The notes beneath the pieces are model-generated. The model saw only the letters and a program-made list of their open reading frames with translations, did no database searches and was not told the origin of the DNA. Position numbers and translations under genes: made by a program. DNA of 32,000 nucleotides, taken from the NCBI GenBank assembly GCA_025340205.1, contig CP006868.1, forward strand, positions 1,170,001 through 1,202,000. The letters run 5' to 3'. Positions 15,588-23,804 of this stretch are shown one piece after another (the first letter of the stretch is position 1; the number at the start of each line of letters is the position of its first letter). Source of the DNA: Ignicoccus pacificus DSM 13166. Its GTDB lineage: Archaea; Thermoproteota; Thermoprotei_A; Sulfolobales; Ignicoccaceae.

Positions 15588-16328
15588 TCACTTATCCTTC
15601 TCTACCTTTATCCCAGCCAAATGCATTAACAATAAGTTCATCATGCTCTTTATCTCCCTTACATCTTCGCTCAACAAGTCAACCTTGTGATCCAATCTGG
15701 CAACCGCCACCTTTAGCTCTTCTACATCTTTCTCAAGCTCATAAACTCTATGTTCCAAGCTCTCGAACCTCTTATTGAAGTCCTCTCTTAGATCGTCAAT
15801 TCTTTTGTTAGTTAACTCGATCTTCTTCTCGAGATCTCTCTTAGTCTCTTCGATCTTCTTGTTCAATCTTTCCTCAGTCTCCTTGATCTCATTTCTGAGT
15901 CTCTCCTCAGTTGCCTTTATCTCGTTCCTAAGCTTCTGTTCCGTCTCCTTTATCTCGTTCCTTAGTCTTTCTTCACACTCTTTCATCTCGCTCCTCACTT
16001 GCTCAATCTTCTTGTCGAGTCTCTCCTCAGTTGCCTTTATCTCATTTCTCAGCCTTCCTTCGGTTTCCTTGATCTCGTTTCTTAAGCTTCCTTCCATCTT
16101 CTTCATGTCTTCACTTACTTCTTTTATCATCTCTCTGTTCAATTGAATCTGCCTTGAAAGTTCGTCATATCTCAATCTGACCTCGTTTAGCACCATGAAG
16201 AGCAATAGGAAGTTCGCTTCTTCACTAGTCAAAGGCTTTCCGCTTTGAATTTTATTTATCAGCTCTCCGAACTTCTCTTTTGCAAAATCATAGGCAATCT
16301 CTAAGGTCTTATCGACCAGGAAGGCCAA
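15588..16328 (-). CDS. Coiled-coil protein built from 11-residue (hendecad) repeats
   Basis: Repeats of R-L-R-N-E-I-K-E/A-T-E-E. The start is proposed at the TTG at 16328, with ggaggg 7 nt upstream and ataaata about 35 nt upstream. The listed Met at 16460 would overlap the aroC 3' end. No signal peptide. Confidence 0.6.
   Translation of the reverse strand: MAFLVDKTLEIAYDFAKEKFGELINKIQSGKPLTSEEANFLLLFMVLNEVRLRYDELSRQIQLNREMIKEVSEDMKKMEGSLRNEIKETEGRLRNEIKATEERLDKKIEQVRSEMKECEERLRNEIKETEQKLRNEIKATEERLRNEIKETEERLNKKIEETKRDLEKKIELTNKRIDDLREDFNKRFESLEHRVYELEKDVEELKVAVARLDHKVDLLSEDVREIKSMMNLLLMHLAGIKVEKDK
15795..16090 (-). repeat. Imperfect 33-bp tandem coding repeats (about 8-9 units)
   Basis: One example is gagtctctcctcagttgcctttatctc, which occurs at about 15898 and again about 120 nt later at about 16018. 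The 33-nt periodicity matches the 11-aa peptide repeat. Confidence 0.8.
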
Positions 16329-16398
16329 TTTTATCCCTCCAATAAGATGAGGAATATTGTATTTATGCGAGAGAGTTGAACGGAAGTGAAGGTCCGTG

Positions 16399-17562
16399 CT
16401 AGAGCGAGGCCTTGAGCTCTTCCGGTAGGTACTCCTCATAAAGCTTCCATACCCTTTCACATGAGCTGTTCCACTCTACCCTAACGGGGTTGAGCAAGCC
16501 TGACCTCAAGACGTGATCTATCAAGGTTATGGCAACCATGGCTTCTGCTACAGCCACTCCCCTAATAGCTATAGCCGGATCGTGTCTTCCCGGAACCTCT
16601 ACCGGAACCTCATCTAAGGTCTTTATGTTAACAGTCATCTCGGGCGTCATTATCGATGAGGTCGGCTTAAAGGCAACCTTAACCCTTATGGGACCTCCTA
16701 CGCTTATCCCTCCGAGCATTCCTCCAGCCTTTTCCCCCTCTAGGACCGCCTCTCCTACCGACGGCACTATTCTGTCCCTAGCCCTGCTCCCGTAGCTTCT
16801 AGCTAAGGAAAAGCCCTCTCCGACTTCGAAGCCCACAGCGGCTGGGATTGAAATAAGTGCCTTTGCCAAGTCAGCCTTGAGCTTATCGAAGACGGGTTCA
16901 CCAAGCCCAGCCGGGACGTCCCAAGCCACTACCTCCACTACTCCTCCAACTGAGTCCTTATTCTTCAGGACTTCCTTCAACAACTCCTCTGCCCTTTCGT
17001 CTCCCTCTATTACTCTAAATGGAGAGAGCCTAGCCTTGAGTCCTTCCTGAGGATCCTTAGCCCTAGGAAACTCAGTGTTTCCCAGCGAGATTATATTTCC
17101 AGTGATGATTATGCCTAGACAAGACAGTAGCTTCTTCGCTATTGCTCCGGCTATCACCCTAGCCACCGTCTCCCTTCCGGAGGCCCTTCCTCCACCACGA
17201 TAATCCCAATTTTCGTATCCGTACCTCTTTATGTAAGCTAGGTCAGCGTGACCGGGCCTGGGCGTTTCCCTGATCTTCTCGTAATAGCTTGAAATGACGT
17301 CTTTGTTCCAGACTACAACCGAGATCGGCATTCCCGTGGTCCTTCCGTTGAAGACGCCGCTCAAGATCTGCGGCTCATCTCCTTCCCTTCTCGGTGTAGT
17401 AAACCTCCTTCCGGGCCTCCTCAGAAGTAGCTCCACCTTGAGGTCCTTTTCATTTAAGGGCAAGCCTGCGGGACAGCCATCTACTACCGCTCCCAGGGCC
17501 TTGCCGTGGCTCTCCCCCCACGTGGTAACGGCGAAGAGCTTACCGAAGGAGTTTCCTCCCAC
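16399..17562 (-). CDS. aroC: Chorismate synthase
   Basis: 387 aa. 'FGKLFAVTTWGESHGKALGAVVDGCPAGLPL', 'RPGHADL' and 'GGGRASGRETVARV' are canonical AroC motifs. Confidence 0.93.
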   Translation of the reverse strand: MGGNSFGKLFAVTTWGESHGKALGAVVDGCPAGLPLNEKDLKVELLLRRPGRRFTTPRREGDEPQILSGVFNGRTTGMPISVVVWNKDVISSYYEKIRETPRPGHADLAYIKRYGYENWDYRGGGRASGRETVARVIAGAIAKKLLSCLGIIITGNIISLGNTEFPRAKDPQEGLKARLSPFRVIEGDERAEELLKEVLKNKDSVGGVVEVVAWDVPAGLGEPVFDKLKADLAKALISIPAAVGFEVGEGFSLARSYGSRARDRIVPSVGEAVLEGEKAGGMLGGISVGGPIRVKVAFKPTSSIMTPEMTVNIKTLDEVPVEVPGRHDPAIAIRGVAVAEAMVAITLIDHVLRSGLLNPVRVEWNSSCERVWKLYEEYLPEELKASL

Positions 17563-17594
17563 GCTTTTCCCTCAAGGAGCTGAAAAGGTGTGAG

Positions 17595-18773
17595 TTATAT
17601 CGCCTTGAGGGCCCTATCTAGGTCCTCTATCAAGTCTTGAACGCTTTCGAGACCGACGCTCAATCTGAGCAAGTTGTCCTTGATTCCCAGCTCCCTCCTC
17701 ACGTCGTCGGGAACGGTATGGTGCGTCATCGTGGCCGGGTGAGTAATGATGCTTTCTACGCCTCCCAAGGAGGCGGTTCTCTGAATTACCCTTACCTTCT
17801 TCATTACAGCTATTGCATCCATACCGTTGCCCTTGACCTCAAAGCTGACCACTCCCCCACATCCCTTCAGCAACCTCTTCGCTATAGGATAGCTTGGGTG
17901 ATCCGGCAAGCAAGGATAGTGAACCTTCTCAACCTTTGGATGCTCGCTCAAGAACTTAGCTATCTCCAGTGCAGTTTTGTTCTGTCTCTCCACTCTTACG
18001 TGCAGAGTTTTCATTCCTCTTATAATGAAGTAAACTTGCTGAGGATCAGGAATGCCTCCTAATAGCCTTCGGGTGTTCCTAACCGCTATGGTGTAGTTGG
18101 TGTCGTTAGAGGCCATAACTCCGCCCAAGACGTCGTTGTGACCCGCTAGGTACTTGCTAGCGCTGTGGACCACCGCGTAGGCCCCCTTCTCTAGGGGAAG
18201 GAAGTTGATTGGGGTGGCGAAGGTGTTATCCACTATGAGCTTCGCTCCTACCTCCTCCGCCACCTTGGCTATCTCATCTATTGGGGGAACTATGAGCAAG
18301 GGATTGCTTATGGTTTCTACGAAAACAACCTTCGTATTCTTATCTATTCTCTCTAGCACCTTTTCTCCGATTGCCTTTTCATCCACCTTGATTCCAAATC
18401 CTCCCAGAAGCTTGGTCATCATCTCGTAAGAGGTCCCGTAAATGTCTCTAGTCGTTACCAGCTTGTCCCCAGGCCTGAGCATTGATATGAGCATGCTGCT
18501 TATGGCAGCCATCCCGCTCGAGAAAGCTACTGCGTCCTTACCCTTCTCCACATAAGCTACCTTCTTCTCAAGGGCCTCTATGGTAGGACTCGAGTTCCTG
18601 GAGTACTTGTAACCGTAAATGTTGCCTTCCGGGTAGCGATAGATAACGGAGACGAAGATCGGCGTTACGATGGATCCCACTTGATCGTCCCTATACTCTC
18701 CACCATGAATGAGCTTCGTCTCCTCCTCCCACTCCTCCTCGGGTTCCACGAATCCCACGGGTATCACCTCCAT
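17595..18773 (-). CDS. PLP-dependent Cys/Met metabolism enzyme (cystathionine gamma-synthase/beta-lyase or O-acylhomoserine sulfhydrylase family)
   Basis: 392 aa. 'VVHSASKYLAGHNDVLGG' holds the PLP-lysine motif. 'SLGGVESIITHPATMTH' is the family C-terminal signature. Confidence 0.88.
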   Translation of the reverse strand: MEVIPVGFVEPEEEWEEETKLIHGGEYRDDQVGSIVTPIFVSVIYRYPEGNIYGYKYSRNSSPTIEALEKKVAYVEKGKDAVAFSSGMAAISSMLISMLRPGDKLVTTRDIYGTSYEMMTKLLGGFGIKVDEKAIGEKVLERIDKNTKVVFVETISNPLLIVPPIDEIAKVAEEVGAKLIVDNTFATPINFLPLEKGAYAVVHSASKYLAGHNDVLGGVMASNDTNYTIAVRNTRRLLGGIPDPQQVYFIIRGMKTLHVRVERQNKTALEIAKFLSEHPKVEKVHYPCLPDHPSYPIAKRLLKGCGGVVSFEVKGNGMDAIAVMKKVRVIQRTASLGGVESIITHPATMTHHTVPDDVRRELGIKDNLLRLSVGLESVQDLIEDLDRALKAI

Positions 18774-18917
18774 CCATGAGCTTTTCCCTTGGTTCTGGCT
18801 ACGCTGGGAGCAAAATAACTCTGAGACGTCGACTCTAGTAGTTAGAGTGCAACTTCGTGCAGTACGTGGTCATAGATTATAGGTTAAGGAAAGAGGGAGA
18901 GTTGGGGGAAACTAAAG

Positions 18918-19109
18918 GTGGTCAAGGCGGAGCAACTGTTCGCTATTGTGACAGCCTTGAGCGCAGGCATCTCAACCTTAGTAGGTCTACTAATGGTAAA
19001 CGAGTACAACTCCACTGGAGGTCTGATCATCTGGAGTCCAGCGCTGTCGCTGATTTTGCTCATCATAGCCTTACCGTTACTCTATTTTATCAGTGTCAAG
19101 ACAAGCTAG
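18918..19109 (+). CDS. Small two-TM membrane protein
   Basis: 63-aa ORF with a GTG start and two hydrophobic helices. No recognisable family. Confidence 0.35.
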   Translation: MVKAEQLFAIVTALSAGISTLVGLLMVNEYNSTGGLIIWSPALSLILLIIALPLLYFISVKTS

Positions 19110-19123
19110 CTGGGTAAGAAGCG

Positions 19124-19321
19124 ATGAACTGCGCGTCCGTCTACGCGTCCTTAAGCCTTGTAATATCGATACTGACGAGCACCACTGTTTTCTACTTAGC
19201 TATACTGTTCGGCGTGAACACGTTGATACAAGGGGTCCTCTTCGCTTCCTTCGTTTCAGCGCTTGCAGCGATAGTGTTGTTTAGTTTGTTATCATCTGTA
19301 GTGAACTTTTTGTGTAAGTAA
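19124..19321 (+). CDS. Small two-TM membrane protein, in tandem with the previous ORF
   Basis: 65-aa ORF starting 14 nt after the previous stop, with two hydrophobic helices. Confidence 0.35.
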   Translation: MNCASVYASLSLVISILTSTTVFYLAILFGVNTLIQGVLFASFVSALAAIVLFSLLSSVVNFLCK

Positions 19322-19365
19322 GTAGGAACAAGAAAGGTATCGAAAAACAAAACAATAAAAATACT

Positions 19366-21327
19366 TTACTTCTTCTTTCTTCCTAACTTCTTCCTTATCG
19401 CCACTACTACTGGTGCCAGAAGCGCTGGAGCTGGTAGCTTCACGTTAAACGGCTTGAAGGTGCTGGTGTTTATAGTTACCATGGAGCCAGGGGTGGTAGT
19501 AGTGGTCTGGGTGGATGCAGTGGAGCTACCTCCAGTTGCCGGTAGCTGGTTCAGATTAGGCGGTAGGTAGCCGATGTCAAATGGGAACTCACTGGAACTC
19601 ATGCCGGTGTCAGGCTGTATTGCTGCCTTCCAGACAGCGGCGAAGGAGACCTCGTAATAGCTTCCGAAGTCATTGTCGACGCCGTATCCCCAAGTGGATC
19701 CCTTGTAGGTAGTCATGGCGTCTAGGTGAGAGTACACTTGGCTCGGCGTAGAAGCGGTTGGATCTATGCCTAGCAGCACTAGCGAGGCGGCGAAGTATGC
19801 GGAGGCAAGGGAGGTACCCTTGCTTCCGGGCACGCTGACGGTGAGTATGTACTTGGTGGAGTCATAGCTCGTGCTGACGTCGGGAATCGCCACTTGTCCG
19901 TAGGTTCCGCTAGGTGAGAGTATGCTTCCGCCGGAGTAGAGGGTCGGGAGGCCAGTGAACTGTAGCTCTAAGGTGTAGGAGTTTCCATTAGCATCAGTGC
20001 CGTAGTTGGCTACGCTGTAGTAGTTGTTGGTACTGTCCATCTCTCCTGACATGGTGAACCATAAGTTGTTGGGGTTCTCATCGTAGTTGAAGTCGGTAAC
20101 GTTTGTTATCTTCACTGTGTTGTAAGTTGAGTCTATCTCTACCTTGAATCCGCTTACTGGATATACGGGAACGGTTGGGCTGGTTAGCACGTCGTTGCAC
20201 TGAGCGGGCCATAGGTAGATACCGTTGTTATTGTTGAGGCTGGTCACGTCCTCTCCATCGTTTCCTAGGGGAGCTACAGCAGCGACAGCGTTTATGCTGC
20301 TTAAGGTAGTCTCTAAGGTATTGCAGTAGTTTTGCACGTTGGTCTCGGTGTCGCTTATTAGGGGCTCTATTAGGACCACGGCCTTTGAATCGCCGAGGAA
20401 GTTGTTGATAGCTGTTTGGGCATCGCTTAGGGCTTGGTTGACGGCTAAGGCACCCAGCTGGGAGCCTAGGTACTTGAAGTCATAGTCTAAGTAGAAGGTG
20501 CTCACGCTGCCGGAGGTCTTGGCAGAAGCGATTAGGGACTGGGGAGTTATTCCGCTGGTTATCTGCGGCGTGTAGTCGGGGAGTATTATAGCTACGGTCT
20601 CCATGTCTACAACGAAGACGTCGGATCCTAAAGCGGCGCCAGTGTAAGTCTTCAGGTGTACCTTGTCGTTTAAGTCAGTTATGGTGTCGCTATAATAGTC
20701 AAAATATCCGCAGAGGGCTCCGGCCACCATAGTTCCGTGGCCCACCAGATCGGTCTTCCAGCTAGTGGGCTGGAGTATTATTACGGTGTCCGCCTTGGAA
20801 GTGTTTCCTTCATTTCCTACATTGAAGCCAGCATTGGAGAGTACGTTGGTATTAGTTATACAGTACTCGTAGGTCTCGTCGGCGCTAGGTAAGGTGTAAG
20901 TATTGCCTCCGTCTACGAGGGTGTAAGTACTCTGTACATTAGCTATATCCGATAGCCTCACGGTTCCGGTAGAGAGACAGAGATTGTTGTTCTTTAAGTA
21001 GTTGATTAGGCTAGTATTGGCCACTCCTGCCATGTTGCAGAGGAAGTTGCCATCGTTGTTATTGTATACCACTCCCGTGTCTACCAGCACTATCTTAGTA
21101 TTCGTCTTAGTGCTGGGGGTAAACACCTTGCCGGCATATTCGTCGGTCTTCAAGTTGCTAGAGGTTAGGTTGAGGGCATAGTAAGTGCTGTCCCAAGTCA
21201 TGTACTTAGACAGCGAATGAAGGGCTATGGAGACCGCCGGACTTTCAATGTAGATGTCGACAGTTGCCCTCACTATGGGCAATAGTATCAGTAAGGAGAG
21301 GATGAGCAAAGGGGCGAATCTCTTCAA
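19366..21327 (-). CDS. Membrane-anchored extracellular subtilisin-like (S8) serine protease
   Basis: Signal peptide (MKRFAPLLILSLLILLPIVRA). Catalytic-triad motifs 'VLVDTGV' (Asp), 'GHGTMVAG' (His) and 'GTSLASAYFAAS' (Ser), with 'APLGNDGED' as the oxyanion Asn. T/S-rich linker, then a C-terminal TM helix and the basic tail KKLGRKKK. N/T/S/Y-rich composition. Confidence 0.8.
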   Translation of the reverse strand: MKRFAPLLILSLLILLPIVRATVDIYIESPAVSIALHSLSKYMTWDSTYYALNLTSSNLKTDEYAGKVFTPSTKTNTKIVLVDTGVVYNNNDGNFLCNMAGVANTSLINYLKNNNLCLSTGTVRLSDIANVQSTYTLVDGGNTYTLPSADETYEYCITNTNVLSNAGFNVGNEGNTSKADTVIILQPTSWKTDLVGHGTMVAGALCGYFDYYSDTITDLNDKVHLKTYTGAALGSDVFVVDMETVAIILPDYTPQITSGITPQSLIASAKTSGSVSTFYLDYDFKYLGSQLGALAVNQALSDAQTAINNFLGDSKAVVLIEPLISDTETNVQNYCNTLETTLSSINAVAAVAPLGNDGEDVTSLNNNNGIYLWPAQCNDVLTSPTVPVYPVSGFKVEIDSTYNTVKITNVTDFNYDENPNNLWFTMSGEMDSTNNYYSVANYGTDANGNSYTLELQFTGLPTLYSGGSILSPSGTYGQVAIPDVSTSYDSTKYILTVSVPGSKGTSLASAYFAASLVLLGIDPTASTPSQVYSHLDAMTTYKGSTWGYGVDNDFGSYYEVSFAAVWKAAIQPDTGMSSSEFPFDIGYLPPNLNQLPATGGSSTASTQTTTTTPGSMVTINTSTFKPFNVKLPAPALLAPVVVAIRKKLGRKKK

Positions 21328-21506
21328 GGCACTCTCCCATCGATCTCGACTAGGAAACTACAGATAAACTTTACCCACAGTGAGTATACCGAAACTTTCG
21401 GATGTGAATGGTAAAACTCTCACGGACCACCTCAGAACAACGCGGAGTACGAACCACTCACTCTCTTTATTTATCCTCATCGAGGTGGGAGCCCTTCGGG
21501 ATATTC

Positions 21507-21836
21507 ATGGCCGTCGATCTGGACGAGACGCGGTTCTACGTGTACGAGGATGGGGTCGAGGACGAGCCGGGCGCCCTCTTCGTTAACATTGAGCCCGAGG
21601 AACCCACCGAGGAAGACTTCATGAATGCTTGCACCGTAGCGAAGTACTATGCCAGAAACATAGAGAAGGCCTTAGTCTATGTTAAGAAGATGAACGTAGA
21701 GATATGCGAGGGAAAGAGGGCGAGGAGGCTTGTCGGCTTGACGGAGGACGGAGGAGGCTACGTGGTTATCTGCGAGGAGCTGAACCCCTATACTTATGTA
21801 TGCAAGCTCGTATACTATGAAGCGCACGAACTCTGA
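21507..21836 (+). CDS. Small acidic hypothetical protein
   Basis: 109 aa from the ATG at 21507. The listed start at 21408 adds a low-complexity S/T/R N-terminus that looks non-coding. Confidence 0.45.
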   Translation: MAVDLDETRFYVYEDGVEDEPGALFVNIEPEEPTEEDFMNACTVAKYYARNIEKALVYVKKMNVEICEGKRARRLVGLTEDGGGYVVICEELNPYTYVCKLVYYEAHEL

Positions 21837-21874
21837 GGGATACACTCATTAACGAATGTTAGAGGCCTTTCCAT

Positions 21875-21962
21875 GCCGGGGTGCCCGAGCGGCCCAAGGG
21901 GGTGGGCTTGAGACCCACTGGGGCTCTGCCCCGCGCGGGTTCGAATCCCGCCCCCGGCGCCA
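21875..21962 (+). tRNA. tRNA-Ser (anticodon UGA), class II with a long variable arm; CCA encoded
   Basis: Acceptor GCCGGGG/CCCCGGC. Anticodon stem GTGGG/CCCAC with loop CT-TGA-GA. Variable arm GGGGC-tct-GCCCC. T arm GCGGG-TTCGAAT-CCCGC. Discriminator G followed by CCA. Confidence 0.93.
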
Positions 21963-22154
21963 ATCTTCCCTTCTGAACATTGATACTGTAAAATCATAGC
22001 TGACAAGGAAAGCACCTTCTTTCCAGATAATTCAATTCACTAATTGCTGTCTCTGTTAATGTATCTCCTTGGCCTAATCGATCCCTCTCATCCCGTTAAT
22101 AGAATTGTTTTTATTAATGAGAAACGGGAATGCTCGCGGGGAGGTAAGGGATAC

Positions 22155-23063
22155 TTGCCGCTGATAGTGCAGCTGTCTCCGTGTGGAGGGGCCGGGCGTA
22201 CGGTGATAGCTTACGAGACGCTAGTCCATTTGCTCAAGACAATGCCGGGCGAGGAGGGCATAGTGATAGACATCTCCACTGACGTCGACGCTGTCATGCC
22301 CGTGAAGGGTTGCCTAGCGGGTTACCTTTACGGAAAGATGCATCCCGCCGACGCTATGGCAAGGATGCCCGGCTTTACGACCGCCTACTACGCCCGACTC
22401 TTCAGTCCTTCATGCTCAAGGTTCTTCGGTAGTAGGGAATGGTCAAAGCTGCTAAGGGACGTAGAGGAGCTGGTAGGCCTCCTGACTATGGAGGTTGCTA
22501 GCTATCTGGAGCGGGGGGCGCACGTAATAATCACCGCACGCTTCGATCTGTTCACTGAGAATTTCCTTATACCGTTCCTCTCATCCCCAATAATAAAGAA
22601 ATACGCGAAGGTAGTCTTTGTAGGTAAAGAAAGCAAGAGGTGTATAGCAGAGCTGTTGCACCTAGTGGAGAAGATAAAGTACAACAATGCAGTAGTGTTC
22701 CTTAACAAGATACCGGCCGCCGAGATAATGAACGTAAGGGAGGAAATACTGAGGTGGGCCACGCTGAGGAAGCTGCACTTGGCTGTACTGCTACCCCTCA
22801 CGAAGCAGCTATACTATAGAGACTTCACAGAGTACACCAGCGTTATCATGAGGGCTCAGACGAATCCTCACGCGAGGACCATATCGGAGATCTTCAGAAG
22901 GATGCTGGCAGTAATGTACGGACAAGAAAAGGGAGGAAAGCTGATGGCGCTGATAGGAGGACTGCTGAGCGCCACGGAGTTGCCAGGAACCTACGTCACT
23001 GAGGAGAGCCAAGCTTCAGCTTCTCAAGTAGCTCCCTCCGCTCCCTTTCTAGAACATCCCTAA
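22155..23063 (+). CDS. Hypothetical protein, possibly a degenerate ParA/MinD-like P-loop fold
   Basis: The TTG start at 22155 is preceded by ggaggt. The N-terminus 'PLIVQLSPCGGAGRTVIAYETL' resembles a deviant Walker A (KGGxGKT), but both lysines are replaced. The listed start at 22044 adds an AT-rich, unlikely N-terminus. Confidence 0.3.
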   Translation: MPLIVQLSPCGGAGRTVIAYETLVHLLKTMPGEEGIVIDISTDVDAVMPVKGCLAGYLYGKMHPADAMARMPGFTTAYYARLFSPSCSRFFGSREWSKLLRDVEELVGLLTMEVASYLERGAHVIITARFDLFTENFLIPFLSSPIIKKYAKVVFVGKESKRCIAELLHLVEKIKYNNAVVFLNKIPAAEIMNVREEILRWATLRKLHLAVLLPLTKQLYYRDFTEYTSVIMRAQTNPHARTISEIFRRMLAVMYGQEKGGKLMALIGGLLSATELPGTYVTEESQASASQVAPSAPFLEHP

Positions 23064-23292
23064 CTTTCTCTAACTTCTCTATCTCCTTCTGAATCAGCTC
23101 CTCAGCGCTAGCAACGTCGACCTCAATTACTACCCTCTTGCCAAACACCTTGTAGAGGGCCTTCGGATGGAGCTCCTTCGTCCACTTCAATGCTTCCTTG
23201 AGCTCTGCTATCTCCCTCTCGACCTCAGCCAAGGATAGCTCTATCTGCTGAAGTTTTCTTTGAAGGGAATAATACTCGAGGAGGGAGGACAT
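22996..23292 (-). CDS. Prefoldin beta-like coiled-coil protein
   Basis: 98 aa with coil / single beta-hairpin ('ALYKVFGKRVVIEVD') / coil architecture, starting 11 nt downstream of pfdA on the same strand. Confidence 0.5.
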   Translation of the reverse strand: MSSLLEYYSLQRKLQQIELSLAEVEREIAELKEALKWTKELHPKALYKVFGKRVVIEVDVASAEELIQKEIEKLEKVRDVLERERRELLEKLKLGSPQ

Positions 23293-23303
23293 GGAAAAAT
23301 CCC

Positions 23304-23738
23304 TTAAGCCTTCTTCTGGAGCTCGGGGAGGATCTCGTTTATCTTCCTGTTGATCTCCTCAAGCTTCCTGAGGAGGGTTAGCCTGACTTGCTCGAGGGCG
23401 GCTATCCTGCTCTCAATAGCCTTCTTGGCCTCCTCGGTGGGGACCTCCAGGCTCAGCCTTCCTCCCACGGAGGTGATAACTGTACTAGTGTCCTCTATCT
23501 TAGCCTTGATCAAGTTGCCAGCTCCTATAGGGACGAGAACGGTCTTGCCGGCGCCCTCCTTAGCTATGAAGTCGAGCACCTCTAGGGCTGCGTAGAGGTC
23601 GTCGATTACGGCGTTGACCGCATCTATCTGGCTCCTCAAGTACTCAGCTTGGGCTAGCAAGCTCCTTACCTCTTCTTGAATGTTGATCTTGGGAGTCTCG
23701 GCCTTCTCGGGGGCCTTCTGCTCGGCCACGGATCTCAC
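23304..23738 (-). CDS. pfdA: Prefoldin alpha subunit
   Basis: 144 aa. '[46 protein letters not shown]' is the double beta-hairpin core, flanked by long coils. Confidence 0.88.
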   Translation of the reverse strand: MRSVAEQKAPEKAETPKINIQEEVRSLLAQAEYLRSQIDAVNAVIDDLYAALEVLDFIAKEGAGKTVLVPIGAGNLIKAKIEDTSTVITSVGGRLSLEVPTEEAKKAIESRIAALEQVRLTLLRKLEEINRKINEILPELQKKA

Positions 23739-23760
23739 CGTAAGTAGCTTACCATGAACA

Positions 23761-23768
23761 CTTAAAAG
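23761..23768 (-). promoter_or_regulatory. TATA-like box about 27 nt upstream of the pfdA start (leaderless-type promoter)
   Basis: The minus strand reads cttttaag, centred about 27 nt before the GTG at 23738. Confidence 0.35.
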
Positions 23769-23804
23769 TATAGGTCATCAACGCTTATATAAAAATCTTT
23801 CTGT

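Noticed and set aside
15775-16146. 123-aa plus-strand ORF rich in S/L/F with its own tandem repeats.
   Set aside because: It is the antisense image of the hendecad repeat region. The minus-strand frame gives a coherent coiled-coil protein that extends well beyond the repeats.
18857-19284. ORFs 18857-19117 (+), 18884-19066 (-) and 19093-19284 (+), which overlap the two small membrane-protein ORFs.
   Set aside because: These alternative frames give R/S/H-rich non-protein-like sequence. The hydrophobic two-TM frames are more plausible, though still of low confidence.
21380-21586. 68-aa ORF, and the long N-terminal extension of the 21408 ORF.
   Set aside because: The sequence is low-complexity S/T/R-rich and lies in the divergent intergenic region. 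The ATG at 21507 gives a compact acidic protein.
21815-22015. 66-aa minus-strand ORF.
   Set aside because: It overlaps the well-folded tRNA-Ser gene on the opposite strand.
22019-22060. CRISPR-repeat-like pieces ('ctttcc' ... 'attcactaattg') downstream of tRNA-Ser, considered as an orphan repeat.
   Set aside because: It requires a 10-nt insertion plus a 1-nt indel. Matches of 6-8 nt are expected by chance in 32 kb.
21875-23063. An integrated mobile element at tRNA-Ser.
   Set aside because: No integrase, no recognisable viral or plasmid genes, and no second copy of the tRNA 3' end were seen in the window.
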